In this document: one piece after another, positions 51,451-64,000 of the stretch | Layout of the letters: each line of letters starts with the position of its first letter | Position numbering within the stretch: the stretch's first letter is position 1 | From: Lama glama | Lineage: Eukaryota | Length of the DNA: 64,000 nucleotides | Direction: 5' to 3' | Assembly: GCA_028534125.1 (NCBI GenBank) | Contig: CM052816.1 | Location: 72,108,001 to 72,172,000, forward strand | Made by a program: the position numbers and the translations under genes | The notes under the pieces: generated by a model | The model's database searches: none | What the model was told of the DNA's origin: nothing | The model's input: the letters and a program-made list of their open reading frames with translations, nothing else

Positions 51451-52849
51451 TATGATAGAGTTGATATAAGCCCACACTGTCTGATTTTGTACTTACATGT
51501 GTGTTTATATCAATATAGAATTTTTTAAGCTCTCCAGTGATAACAAGAGAAAATCAGAGCAAGTAGAAGCAGAATAATTATCAGCATTCATTCAAATCCA
51601 AAAGAAGCAGTCACTATGAGTCAGCATTCAAGAGACAATCTTAGCAGGCAGTATGGTCTCTACACTCGAGTACTGTTCCCTGAAAAGTAGAACATGTCTC
51701 CTATTGAATGAATTGATCAATCTTCCTCTTTCTGGAGTATCTCTTTGGAATATCTTCCAAAGATTCAGCCTTCAAATCATTCAAATACTATATTCAGACA
51801 TTAAGAGGTTAGTTTTAACAACTTAAGGATTTTTTTAAAAAAAAACCTTTAGAATTTGCCATATTGTCTTTAAGAAAAAGATTATTCATTCTATAGCTGT
51901 CAAGTCTATTTAATTATTACTGTGAAATAGTACGAAAAAATTCTAAATTTAAGACATCTGCAAAGTACAAAACACCCTAGCAGAATCATCAAACGAGAAA
52001 CAATTGTAATGTCCATGTATCAGAGAAAGTTCCTTTCATGCAGGATTTGGGCCACGGGAGGTAAATACTGACTGATCATATATTTATGTTAATTGGATGA
52101 TGCATTATGTACTCTGTCTAAAGAACTAAGCTTATATGATATACAAACAACAATTTACACTGATGCATGGTTGACAAGTGCCTGACTTATTAAATCAATA
52201 AATGCTCTTATAAATGTGAATAAAAAGATTTTATATCAGTTTACAAAGAACACATTGATTTAGTGAGCTACATAAGTACATGCAAATCTAACACTTAGGC
52301 AAGACTACCCAATAAAAAAGTAGCTATATAGATTTTTGTGTAAATTACGAAGCCCTTGAATAGTGATTTCATAAGCAAGATACATGTGTACCAATACATG
52401 AAAATTGCAGAAATCAATCATTCTGTGCTACTAGCATCACAATGGACTATTAAAATACGAATTAGGAAATGCTCAGATAACCAAGTTTATTTAAGTAAAA
52501 GCATTCTGAAAGCATAATCTATTTGATGAAATAAAAATTGTTGGGGCTGTTCTTTTTCTTACTACTACTACTAATATTCCCTCCATTCACTGTGGGTACA
52601 GTTCTGAGCTCCAACTTAAATATTTGTGTTCGTGTGGGAGTTTATTACAGCAATTTCTATGTAGAAATTAGAGAGATTAAGTAACTATTCAAGATATGAA
52701 GAGCCTGGATTCAAACTAAAATTTCTGGACTCAAAACCCTGGTCTTAACCACTAAAATTATTAAGTAGGTTTGTTTCTGACATTAACCATCACAAGAAGT
52801 TTACAATCAAAAGCCTCCAGGTAGTCAAATGGGACAAGAAGAAGATTAT

Positions 52850-53460
52850 ATGATTTTTCAGATAAAAGAAAATTGACACCAGATATTAATTAAAAGTTTT
52901 GCATCCCATAAACCAACTACTCAGAATGTATAAAGAATTTCTAAAAGTAACTAAGGAAAATATTTAAGACCCAATAAAATACATGCAAAATAAAAAACTT
53001 CATAGAAATAAAGGTCCAAACTTTCAATAAACCCCCAAAATGCTCCAATTCACTAATAGTTTGTAGATGCAAATTAAAACAACAATGGGATATGATTTAA
53101 CACCCCAATATTAATACAAATTTTAAAATGTAACATCAATGACTGGCAAGAAAGAATGGGGGGAAAATGGTGATTTTCATTCATTTCTGCCTGGTGTATA
53201 AATTGATACAATCAATTTAGAAAGCAGTTTTTCAGCATAAGTCTATCTTAATCCAACAATTACACTTTTAAGATATACCTAAGAGAAAATCTAGTTCAGG
53301 TATATAAAGAGATATAAAAGGATGCTCAATAAAATTAGTATCTACATTACCTTGAAACAACCACATAACTGTGAAATACGTTCATTCTACTACAATGAAA
53401 TTGATATAAGGTAATTCAGTGGTTTAAAAGTAGATATATATATCATGCTTTGTGAAAAAG
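52850..53460 (+). mobile_element. Old L1ME-like ORF2 3' remnant
   Basis: tgctccaattcactaatag...atgcaaattaaaacaacaatgggatatgattt...gtgtataaattgatacaatc. Confidence 0.78.
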
Positions 53461-53609
53461 ATATATTTCCATACTCTATTTAAAGTATGCTTTTAAATTG
53501 AATAATGCAGGGTCTTCATTTTGAATATAAAATGATTCTTTAAGAATTCTGAATCTAAACAAAAAATAAAGAAGTTAAAGGTTAAAAATACTTCTCTGGT
53601 CCAAAAACC

Positions 53610-54020
53610 ACCTTCCTTCCAAACTTTTTAAAGCACTTGACTTATATTATCCAAACACATAAGCTCTTCAGTTCCCAGAGCCTTTGTAAATGTTCTTCAT
53701 TTTTCTTGAAATGTTTTTATCCGACACTCCTGATGCGATCTATCCATTACACCTGTCAGAATGCTTTTCTTCTGAAAATGTTCCCAGACTTCCACCATTT
53801 CCCAACAATCTGATGACCTCTCCTCTTTATGCCGGCTTCTTCGTTCTTCTATTTGAGTACTTATTCCTCTATATTACAGCTATGTGTTTATCTGTTTGCT
53901 TTCCCTAACTGAAACATGAATTTCTTAAAAGCAAAGATGTTTGTATTTATCCTTGAATCGCCCTCCCCCAAAGAGTTGTACTTAGAAGCTACACAAGTAT
54001 TGGCTGAATAAATGGATGTG
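53610..54020 (+). mobile_element. L2 3' fragment
   Basis: tctgtttgctttccctaactgaaacatgaatttcttaaaagcaaaga...gtatttatccttgaatc...gtattggctgaataaatgg. Confidence 0.7.
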
Positions 54021-54364
54021 ATACTTAATAAACATTGAGGGGGGTGGGAATGAATGCATGGTTTTAGGCAATTTAAAATAGGCATCTTACTAGATACTGT
54101 TGAAACCTTAAATATAAGTTTACCCAAACAGGTTTATAATTGAAATGTAGGCTAATTTGTTTTATATCATCATCACCTCAGTTTGAATAATCACTCTAAT
54201 TCAACATGAAATTAATTTAACATATATATGAGAAGCCGCCATGACCATCAACAACCTAAAGAGTTGTAACAATAACCTTGATTCATGAACACGGCGATTC
54301 TCATCCCTAAGACCATACTCAAGCTGACCAACATCGCTGAGCACTTAACTGCGTCAGTCCTACT

Positions 54365-54610
54365 GCAGCCGGTGGGAGAGAGTTCACTCTGGAGCCACAC
54401 TGACAGTCAAATCCCCACCTGCCACTTCCTACTTATGTTACCTCGGACAAATCACTATGTCCCAGTTTCCTATTCCATGAAATAGAGATAACAATAGCAC
54501 TTAATTTAGCAAACTGCTCTGAGTATTATATGAGTTACTACATAAAAAACTATTTAGAATGCTGCCCAACATATAGTAAGTGCTCATCAAGTGTTACATA
54601 TCATCATCAC
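54365..54610 (+). mobile_element. MIR SINE
   Basis: ctctggagccacactg...caaatccccacctgccacttcct...cagtttcctattccatgaaatagagataacaatagcac...atagtaagtgctca. Confidence 0.88.
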
Positions 54611-55547
54611 ATTTACATTTTGTCTGCATAGAAATTTTTCATTATTTACTGTACAAGCCACCAGTAATACTTGCCATGAAATAAACCAAAATGTCTTCAT
54701 AATAAAAAATGTTAGTTACCTATAGGGTCCCTTCTTTCTTTTCAGAAAAAAAAAATCCTAATTTTTTTTTAAGTATCCACTTTTCTCTCTTCTAAGACTT
54801 ACATTAAGATGGCCCCATCCCTAGCTCCAGTTTGGCTCAATAAGAATGAAGGATTTTTGAATTCCTGGTTTGGACGATGGATTTTCCCTCACTCTTTTCT
54901 GTTTAATCTGAAGAAGGAAGTAAGCAAAATGCTGATTGTTAATGGCAGCCCTCTTGAAAACAGGAGGAAAACCAGCCTTAGAATGCAACCTTATAACCAC
55001 TACCTTGATGACATCACTTACTCACTGATATGTGTCCTCACTGTAGGTCTGGTCTTTCAGGCATTTGAGATAATAGATTTCCTTCATATTCAAGCCAGTT
55101 CAAGCCCAGGCATTTGGTTATTTGTTGTCATCATATCATAACCATAATGGAAGTAGTGTTCATGGTGTTTCTTTGTGTAAGCTGGCCGAGACAAGGATAT
55201 CACCCTGATGTAATCACAACAGATCACTATCCCACTAAAAAGCATACCTTCTGTAGGGTTAATTTTCTATGTGCTGCCCACAATATTTTAATTATAAAAT
55301 CCCAAGAAAGACTTATTAAGAATTAGAAAGTAAGAGCACTGACATCTTATCACAGATACAGGCATTATTGGTCCCCAAGCACCACCATCGAAAAGTACTT
55401 TGTAAATCCCAATATTACGCTCTTCAGGGCTGCCAAGAGTTGTATATTATACCAATCCTAATAAATGTATAGTGCACATTCCTTCTAGCTATTGCTGAGA
55501 TACTTCACATGTCATGAAAATCTTTATCAATTATACTCTGACACCTT

Positions 55548-56257
55548 ACAGAGGTTCTCACACTTTAATGTACTCGAGATTCCATGGGATATATATACAC
55601 ATATATACACACACCACACATACACATGCATGTGCACATGCACAATGAAACATTACTCAACCACAAGAATAAAATATTGCCATTTGCAGCAACCTGGATG
55701 GAACTAGACAATATCATGCTTAGTGAAATAAATCAGACAGAGAAAGACAAGTACTGTATGATATTCCTTATATGTGGGATCTAAAAAATAATACAAATGA
55801 ATGTATATGCAAAACAGAAACAGACCCACAGATGGAGAAAACAAACTTGTGGTTACCAAAGGGAAGAGGGAAAGGGGGAGGGACAAATTAGGGGTATGGG
55901 ATTAACAGATACAAACTACTAAATATAACAAAGACAAGCAACAAGGATATACTGTATAGCACAGGAATTATACTCATTATCTTATAATAACCTATAATGG
56001 AGTATAATCTGCAAAAACACTGAATCACTATGCTGTATACCTGAAACTAACACAATTTTATAAACCAACTATACTTCAGTTAATAAATATATAAAAAATA
56101 TTCTGCTGGGATTCAAGTTAAAACACAGATTTCCAAGCATAACATCCAGAAAAACTAGCTCAATTATTCTGCAATGGGACTTAGGAATCTGCATTTCAAT
56201 GCACTTCAATAATTCTGATGCAGTTAAACCATGAACCACATTTTAAGGAATACTGCC
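55548..56257. mobile_element. MER5-like DNA transposon split by an L1 insertion
   Basis: Left part cagaggttctcacactttaatgtac (55548-55583); right part ...ggacttaggaatctgcattt...aattctgatgcag...accacattttaaggaatactg (56101-56257). Confidence 0.75.
55584..56100 (+). mobile_element. L1 ORF2 C-terminus + 3'UTR (5'-truncated)
   Basis: ORF 55584..55784 ends NKILPFAATWMELDNIMLSEINQTEKDKYCMIFLICGI*, the L1 ORF2 C-terminus, followed by a 3'UTR and an A-rich tail. Confidence 0.95.
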
Positions 56258-57459
56258 TGAGACAAAATTTAAAATATATATTAAGGAAATGCAGACAAAT
56301 GGCAACAAAATTAAACGGCACATGCAGGTAGCTTATTAAGAAAATCAAGTCCCAACTCTACTGCACTAACTCCTTTTAAACATCTGTATTTCTAAGTCCC
56401 AGGCTGGCTATCTCTGTAACACTTTTTCTTATTTTACCAACTTTAAAATGTTCACATTGTATCCATAAGAACCCTGCTATTATTTTTATTTTTTCAATTG
56501 GCTTGCAATTTAGTGCCTTGAAATAATGTACTAGGCCTTTATTTCTTATTTCACCAACTTTTGTCAGTAGCCTAACTCCCCTCTACCCTTTAGAACTAAT
56601 CCAGACATTACAGAAAATGTCCCTAGATGTCTGACCAAAAGGCATCACCAGTGTTCTTCTCATCTTTGACCTCTGAAATCACACATTCTCCTGAGCCATG
56701 TTGCCTGAGACAGAGCAACTGTCTGAATCAGTGAACTATTTCTGAAAGTAATAAAAGTACTTTTTTTAAAAACTTCATGTTCAATAATTAATCTCATGCA
56801 ATTCATGACGTTTCCAATTTTTATATCCTTCATTGCAGCCTTCTGATTTTAAAAAGAAAATGAGCCCAGCTAACTAAAAATAAGTCAGACATCTTTATCA
56901 AATTAGTATTTTTCTTTCCTCACTTGTGTGACACGTTAGGAAGTGGCAATTAAAAAAGAAACAAGCTAATTAGCTACTGTGGTTGTTCTCCTATAATCAA
57001 GTGAGGCACACAGAACTCACACGTAGAAAAGCCTTTGATTTATTCTGGTGTGTGGAAACTCATCAAAGTGGAACATAAACCAAAGTAAATCTCTGATACA
57101 GTACTAGTCAAGTCGATAATCACAATTTTAAACTAATATATTTTTTAAATTTGAAACAAAAATTTCCACCAAAACATTTTTCCTTGTGTACATTAGTCTC
57201 AATCTGTCTTGAGAAGATAATAAGATGACGACAGTTTGCAGTTTGCAGCCTGCCTATCTGTAAATGTCATATTCGTCCCGTACACAACATTAAAGCTTTC
57301 ACTTGTTTTATAAGGAAGCAAATTATTGATCGTGAAGTAGTTCTAAATTTAAAAATCATACTGCTCTAGTCTTACAACTCTGCAAATAGATCAATGAACC
57401 CAGGCTTCCAAAACCATTCTGAAACATTCTTCATGTGTTTCTATTTTAAAGTAGGACTG

Positions 57460-57757
57460 GCAAAAGCAAATATATTGCAAGCCACATACATAATTTTAAA
57501 CCATCACATTAAAAAGGTAAAAAGAAATAGATGAAATTAATTTTAAAAATATATTTTATTTAGTCCAATATATTTAGAACAGTGTCATTCCAATATGTGA
57601 TCAATATAATAGTTATTTAGATATTTTACATTCTTGTCATTGTACTCAACCTTTGATACCCAGTGTATAGTTTACACTTACAGCACATCTCAGTTCAGCT
57701 ATATTTCAAGTGCTCGACAGTCACTTTTGGCCAGTGGCTACCATACTGGGGAGGACA
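57460..57757. mobile_element. MER33-like hAT-Charlie DNA transposon
   Basis: gcaagccacata...cacattaaaaaggtaaaaagaaa...tttacacttacagcacatctc...atttcaagtgctc...gccagtggctaccatactgg. Confidence 0.88.
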
Positions 57758-60700
57758 AATTTAAAGGAATAAGTTCAGAAATGAAATGTTGACATTAGTA
57801 CTGCAAGCCTTCAGAGGAGTAAAGTATTAAGCATTTAGGGAGTAAAGACTCCAATAAAATAAATGACCATGCGCTTACCCAGGTAATTAATTACACACTG
57901 GTCAGAGTCGTTCTTCAAAGATGGTAGAAAAATAGGCAACATTTCTGATCACAACCTGAAAGAAGACGAGTGAAATGGCCTTTCTGATGGTCAGTTGGTG
58001 ATCAGGATACAGATGTGCCAAGGAGAATTATCAGGATATCCAGAATGATAAGGACTTTGAGGCACCTCAAGTCTCAGGGGCTAAAAGTAGGCCAGACTCT
58101 TCAACCTGAGGCAGACTTGGCACCTTCTCTACAGGAGGCACACGCCAGACAACTTCTAACTACAGGAAATGACGTAACGGGAGTTACAAGCGCAAGTTCA
58201 ACCAATGTTAAATACAGCTCAAAAATAACAGCAACAACGCAAAATCAATGTTTTCAATGTGCAATCAATTAAATAAATCTTAAATCTCGCTTTAAACAGC
58301 AGATACTTTCCTCTATAATTCACGTCTAAATATGGAAAAGAAACGATCAAAGATTTATAAACGTTCAGCTGGCGACCTGGAGGAGCCCTAAGCATCTAAT
58401 ACAGAAACTTCCATACAAGAAAAGAATAAGCTGTGAGATACTGAGTCGTTAACGAATGGACATCAACAAACCTACTGCAAATGTGTTCTTTACTGTAAAT
58501 TTATTGTAAACGTAGAGCAAATTTACTCTTACCATGACTAGATTCTTCTTTCTCACAAAGCTACATTCCTGGCACTGTGGCAGGGGCTGAAAAGCTTAAG
58601 TGATTTCACCACGGCCACTGCCAGGTATATATTATCATGACAAGCACTGTAATGTACCTGGTGGCACCCACCTAACCAATAAGCCGGGTACCTAAAAGTT
58701 AACATGTTCCCTGCTGGAGAGCACTGCAAATGTGACCCTTTTTATCTGAATATCAGAGGACAGCATGCCTTCTTTCCTCTACATCACCATCTCATTTCAC
58801 TCAAAAACTAAACAAATTCAAATGGTTTGATCTACATTTTTCTCAGATTTTAGTATTTTAATAGGTCTGAATAAGATGTGGAGAAAAAAAATCGTAACGA
58901 AACAACTAACTTTTCTTTTTTAATTAGGGAATAGGTATGCAGGCAGAATCAAAACAATGCTATTAACAAGGTCAAACTCTCTAGATAGACAAGCAATGCT
59001 GAAAAACACAGAATTCCAAAGACGATGTCAAAGGTAACAGTGTGTGTGACCAGGAGGGCCACGGAAAAGAAGCTATAAATACAAGGCTTGGGCAGTTCAC
59101 GGGCTTTGAACTTCAAGTAAAATCTGTGGAAGCTAAAACCAAACGCAGTATTAACTGGGAAGGAATTTTCTGAGCCGAAATGCAAAGCCAAGTATAAGCT
59201 TTTCTTTATTCTACTTTTCAAGTGGTCTTTTGCCATTGGCAATAAAGCACAGCCTAAGCCCTGTGCGTAATCTTGCCACAGCTGTAGTTTTACCTTCACC
59301 AAGAGCACCAGTGTGAGAAAGCAGACTGCGATTTTAGCTGACTCCCACCTTGTAATGGTTTCCAAGGTGCAAGGTTAATTATGAGACCTCAGTCCATTGA
59401 TTCGGAGTTGTTTTTTCACCATAAGCAAACAGCTTGGTTTCTAAACCGTAAAAGAGAGGAGAGGAGGGCTCGTTATTTTAGATTTACTTTCTCCACCAAG
59501 AACAGTCATGTGTTGTGAAGAAAGACCTGAAGTCAGCAAGCAAGTGTGGCTGGGGAGCCACGCGGGGTCCACGCAGGCTGGGTGACCTGGGCATAGACCC
59601 TACCTCGCTGACTCTCAGGTTCCTCACTCATTTAACACAGAAGGTCGTTCCAGCTCCAGTGCTGGCTCTAGGACCTTTCTGCCTTCTCCCTAAGAACGAA
59701 CACCAGAACAGAAACGGCAACAAATGCCTCACTTCCTCAGCACTGCAAACTCTCAAGGAGAAATGAAAAGTCGAAGCAGCACTTGGAACAATTAGCAATT
59801 GAGGGGTTAGCTAACATAAAAAGCCAACACTTGTAAAATATCTACCAAAAAGTATTTTAAAAGTTCATTCTTTTAAAGTCATTTTCTCTTCACTAATTGC
59901 CATTGAATTAGAATGCTCTTATACTACACTAATTCCACAAAAAGTTCCCACACAAGGCTTTGTCATCTTTGTGTCATGTATTTTCCTACTACCTCATTTT
60001 CATTACATTTCTGATATGATTAAGGTGATAAGATAATGGAAGGAAATAGTCCCTACAAATATTTTAGTACTTAAATGGTAACAATTTTTTTAAAGAAATT
60101 AAAAGCTCGAAAACTGAAAATGTCAACTCAAAGTATATGAGAGATTGTGTGTGTGGAAATGTCTGGAACATGTAAGTACCCAATAAATGGTACCATTCTT
60201 AATGTCACTGTTACCTTCCTTGACACTTCTCTGAGTTAATACTCCTATTTAAGAACCCAGCGCCTCACCCAAGGCAATGCACTTTCTTCTTTCTTTGAAC
60301 TACTACCCTGTATGTTGTCAGTATCACACAACACTCATTTTACTTTAATAAAATTTCTCCACTAAATTAAATTTTATGAACTCTGCCCCATTACAGTCTT
60401 CCTGAAAACAGGGATCTTGCTAAACAAGTATTATAGCATATTTTCCACAGCAGTACTGGAGATATTTCATTGAGTGTTTTTTGCCTGACTGCATAATAAA
60501 ATCAAGCACATTCATTGTGCTTGTCCTCATATTCCCAGCAGCCAGTAAAATACCTGCCACATACTAGATACTAATAAAAACTTATAGAATCAATAAATTT
60601 TGCAGTCCATTATTCTTTTCTAGTAAGCTCCTGCAAATGACATTTTTTTAACCAAAGAAGTAAATGAAAAACAGACTTCAATCCCTACATTTCAAAAATA

Positions 60701-62253
60701 TTTTGAAAGCTTAAAGCCTTAAGGCAAAAAATAAATAAAACTATTTTTCAAAGAAACAAACAAAAACAGTCTGAAGGCAAATATAAACTAGGCAAATGTA
60801 AAATCAGAAATTTATTAATGGCCTGCCATATTTGACATAAAACCTTCAGAAGAAAATTTCCTAAGGTCTCTGGATGAGTCTCTCTTTAATGAGAATGGCA
60901 TTCCATTAGCTGAAAAAGGGTCTGTTGTTCAAACACTAGTGTCTGGCACATGGATAAAGGCCCTCAAAAGTCTGCAGCACGGACGCTACTAGATCAGTGG
61001 TCTCAACACACAGGTCGTCAGTCATTCACATTCACCAGCACCTCCCCTGTGAAGAGCACTGTGTGAGGTGCTACCAGCACCACTAAAAGGAAAGAGATTA
61101 GACAGACATGACTCATTCCAAAGCCTAACCCTCTGACCACGTCTGTTTCACTTTCCCGAGCCTGATGGAGGGTACAAATGGGCAGATGAGTTCCCTGCTG
61201 AGTCTTCCCCTTGAGGCTTTCTTCCGAGGGGGAAGAAATTTCCAGACAGTTGTTCCCAAGGTGGGTTTTATCAAAGGAGGAGAGAACAAATGGCAAGCTC
61301 ACTGAGATCAGAGAATTTGACAGTTTTGTTCTCCGCAGCCAGAACAGAGCCTGGAATACAGCAGGCACTCAATCAATACTGGTGGTGAAATGAATAAGCA
61401 GTGGCAGTGAAAAATACCATGACTCCTTCAAGGGCTACATCAACTCCCCAAGTAAACCTCCAAGCAATGACCTGACTTAGTTGGACAGTTCAAATACCAT
61501 TCCTTGTCTCTATACAGAATAATGTGAAAAAAAAGAAATCTTAATCAGAAATAGCATTTCTCAGTGATTATCACATTATCCTGTTAATCTGCTTTTGAAA
61601 AGTGTCCTATCATCTGTAATTATCTGGTTTATTTATATGTATAATTGTCTGCACAGAATGGCAGGTCCCAGACAGCCCTGCCACTACTGCACCCACCGTG
61701 CCTGGCACGGAGAGACCAAGCACTCATGGGACAGTGACATTGAGGAAGGCGTATGTTGTCCTTACTGTTTCCTTTTCCGTGGAATTGATGGGTTCACCCA
61801 GTCCTTGTCTCCGCACGTAGCATTTGTGGGTGCCTCAATTACCTCTCTAGGAGGATTAAAGATGTCTGATACTACATTAATAAGAGAAACACTTCCCACT
61901 AGTTTTGGTGAACAGAGTGGACACAGAAACCGGGTGGAGAAGGCAGTGCTGCCGCCATGGGATGTGGAATCAGATTCATTCTTTTCTTGAGATAAGAATG
62001 AGACGTCAAAAGCAAGGGCGTCGTTTAACTAGATTCTTAATTTGGAATGAACCAGGGTTTTTTGACTTAGCATGAATTTATAACACTTCTTAGAAAATAA
62101 AAATGTGTTAGAAAGTCATATATCGAAATGAGAAGCCTTGAAAATTGTCGTTTCAGAGTACTTTCACTTCGACAGGCAGGTGTGAATTTTAAAGGTGGCA
62201 TGGTTCTAGAGGCTATCAATAAAGTAGAAATTTATTCCTTTAGTTAAAGATTA

Positions 62254-62373
62254 AAGAATATGAAAACAAACATATGTATGTATATGCATGACTAGGACAT
62301 TGTGATGTACACAAGAAATTGACACATAACTGACTGTACTTCAATTTTAAAAAATCAATATATAAAAGACAAA
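62254..62373 (+). mobile_element. Very short L1 3' end (camelid-type) with TSD
   Basis: aagaatatgaaaacaaacatatgtatgtatatgcatgactaggacattgtgatgtacacaagaaattgacac...tacttcaat; aaagatta is duplicated at 62246-62253 and 62374-62381. Confidence 0.85.
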
Positions 62374-63299
62374 AAAGATTATTTTACTTTACTGCTTTAT
62401 CAGTGATCATAAATCAAGTTTTTTATTATCACACAAGACTAAATCTAATTATGGCAACTGTATGATTAAGGGTAGTATAATGTCTATCTTTAAAAAAAAT
62501 GTTCTTGCTTGGGGACATTAAATAAGTTTTAATTAGAAGTTCAGGGAAGATGCTCCTTCTATTTCTAAAAGGACCAAATTCAAGAACATTTAAATTATAC
62601 AACTAAAGATGAACACATTTCCAGTAAGTTTCAAACTATATATTCTGCAAATTAGTCCACAAAAGTAGGAAAACTGAATTCTGTTTTATTTAAAAGGTCA
62701 GTTGTCAAAACAAGAAAAACGTATTAGTTTATGTTTACAAGCTGTAATAGTCACAACTCCACAATTACATCCATTATTTTCATGAGTCAGAGCTGGAAGA
62801 GCAAGGTCAAATTCTTGAATTTTTAAAAAATGAAAATATGACAAAAAACAAGTTTCTAAATAGAAAAGGAAAAAGTTCTAAATGCTGTGTATCACTGTGT
62901 TGCTGAACAAAAACAAAATTTCTCAAAATGTACCCTCTCTGTAGCCCCTTGAGCAAGGTAAGATCTTCCTTGGATGTGGTTATTATCTATGAAGAAGAAA
63001 AAAATTTATTTTGGAATCGTTAATCAACACGTGCTTTAATGATCTTTTTAAGCAAATTTTCTCTTTAACAACTTAAAATTTTCCAGATTTCAAAAGAGCC
63101 AATCTTATTAAACAAAGTCACTTCAAAAATGATTATTCAAACTGGAAATGTAATTATTTAATTAGAATGTCATATAATATGCTACTTATGAAAACTATGC
63201 CAAGGAGAGCAAATTAATATTTATAAAAAAGGTTTCAGGTAAAAAGCACATTTTTCGTTAGAAAAATTAAATAAAGGCTTTATCCCTTGGTAACCAAAT

Positions 63300-63475
63300 T
63301 CACTATGCTTTGAACTTTGTTTTGATGACTTCCCCCAGTCCATACCCCACCATATACAATCAACACACTCAACCCTACATATCCAGTCAACGCCAAATCC
63401 TGCCATTTAATATCTCTTCAGTTCACCCACTTATCCTCATCCTTACAGCCACTACTGTAACAGTCTCCTGTTATT
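63300..63475 (+). mobile_element. L2 fragment
   Basis: catatccagtcaacgccaaatcctgcc...atctcttcagttcacccacttatcctcatccttacagccact. Confidence 0.6.
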
Positions 63476-64000
63476 AAGAGATGACTTAGGCTGTCAAATC
63501 TTTCATCTGTGTTAGGTTAACCAAACTCCAAAAATTAAAATCTGTAACTTGAATTCATGTCAGTCATTAAAAATAAATCAAGTTTAAAATCAGAATGTGG
63601 GTATTCAAACAATGTAAGATTTAAATATAAATCCTAATATAAAAAATTCTCCATGGCATAATCTGGGGAATTCCCATTGTCTCAGAGATACAGAAATTCA
63701 GAAACTCTAATACCATTAAAAAGTGTTTTAATGAGTATGCAGACGGATCTGGAGTACTACTTGGAGGATTATCTAGTAACTACCTCAAGTGCGAGAGTGA
63801 GCATTATTACTAAGGATAATGATTATCTTGAGAGAAGGCTTTAGCTAGATAAAAAAAAATAAGACATGGGAGTTTATGGAACAGCAGCTGAATTAACCTT
63901 ACCACGTTAATTTAATATTGCATTCATAGGGGGAAAATGCAATTTTGAGAAATGATGCCTAACACAAGTATTCAGTTATTAAGTGTAAGTAACAGTCAAG

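Larger units (their letters stand above)
14148..64000 (-). other. PARP8: Long 5' intron of PARP8 (upstream exons outside the window)
   Basis: I found no exon encoding the expected upstream peptides (MGMCSRQERIQK..., FRYSDSTFTFTYVGGPR). Continuity across the N-gap is assumed. Confidence 0.75.

Noticed and set aside
61951..61995. Perfect Kozak GCCGCCATGG on the + strand
   Set aside because: It opens only a 12-codon ORF (MGCGIRFILFLR) antisense within an intron, with no promoter or splice support.
1..64000. Remaining 60-140 aa ORFs; search for CRISPR arrays, prokaryote-type systems, NUMTs, snoRNAs and processed pseudogenes
   Set aside because: The ORFs are repeat-derived or of random length with no recognisable domains. 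I saw no spaced repeat array, mitochondrial-like sequence, box C/D or H/ACA structure, or intronless gene copy, though a by-eye search cannot exclude diverged ones.

Overview
Mammalian genomic DNA: AT-rich and intronic, with a 500-N scaffold gap at 36880-37379. It holds five small coding exons of PARP8 on the minus strand (14110-14147, 7268-7357, 6402-6472, 4841-4918, 3474-3568). These splice in frame (372 nt) to ...VSYSVHVSEDYP-DNTYVSSSENDEDVLVTTEPIPVIFHRIAT-ELRKTNDINCCLSIKSKLQKENGE-ESRQNSTVEEDSEGDNDSEEFYYGGQ-VNYDGELHKHPQLEADLSAVREIYGPRAVSLR.... The start-codon exons should lie beyond position 64000 and the catalytic exons before position 1, so 14148-64000 is probably one long 5' intron. The rest is interspersed repeats (L1, L2, MIR, MLT1, MER5/33/46/91). 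I saw no Alu, BovB or CAN-SINE, and the youngest L1 3' ends match what I recall of camelid L1s, so the species call is an inference. I found no convincing novel biological system. The most interesting signals are one exon with sharply raised GC3/CpG, a candidate poison exon, stacked splice donors, and an inverted-ETS + TCCTCAGGGC module that occurs twice 28 kb apart. Repeat boundaries and subfamily names are by-eye estimates; gene identity rests on recalled protein sequence.
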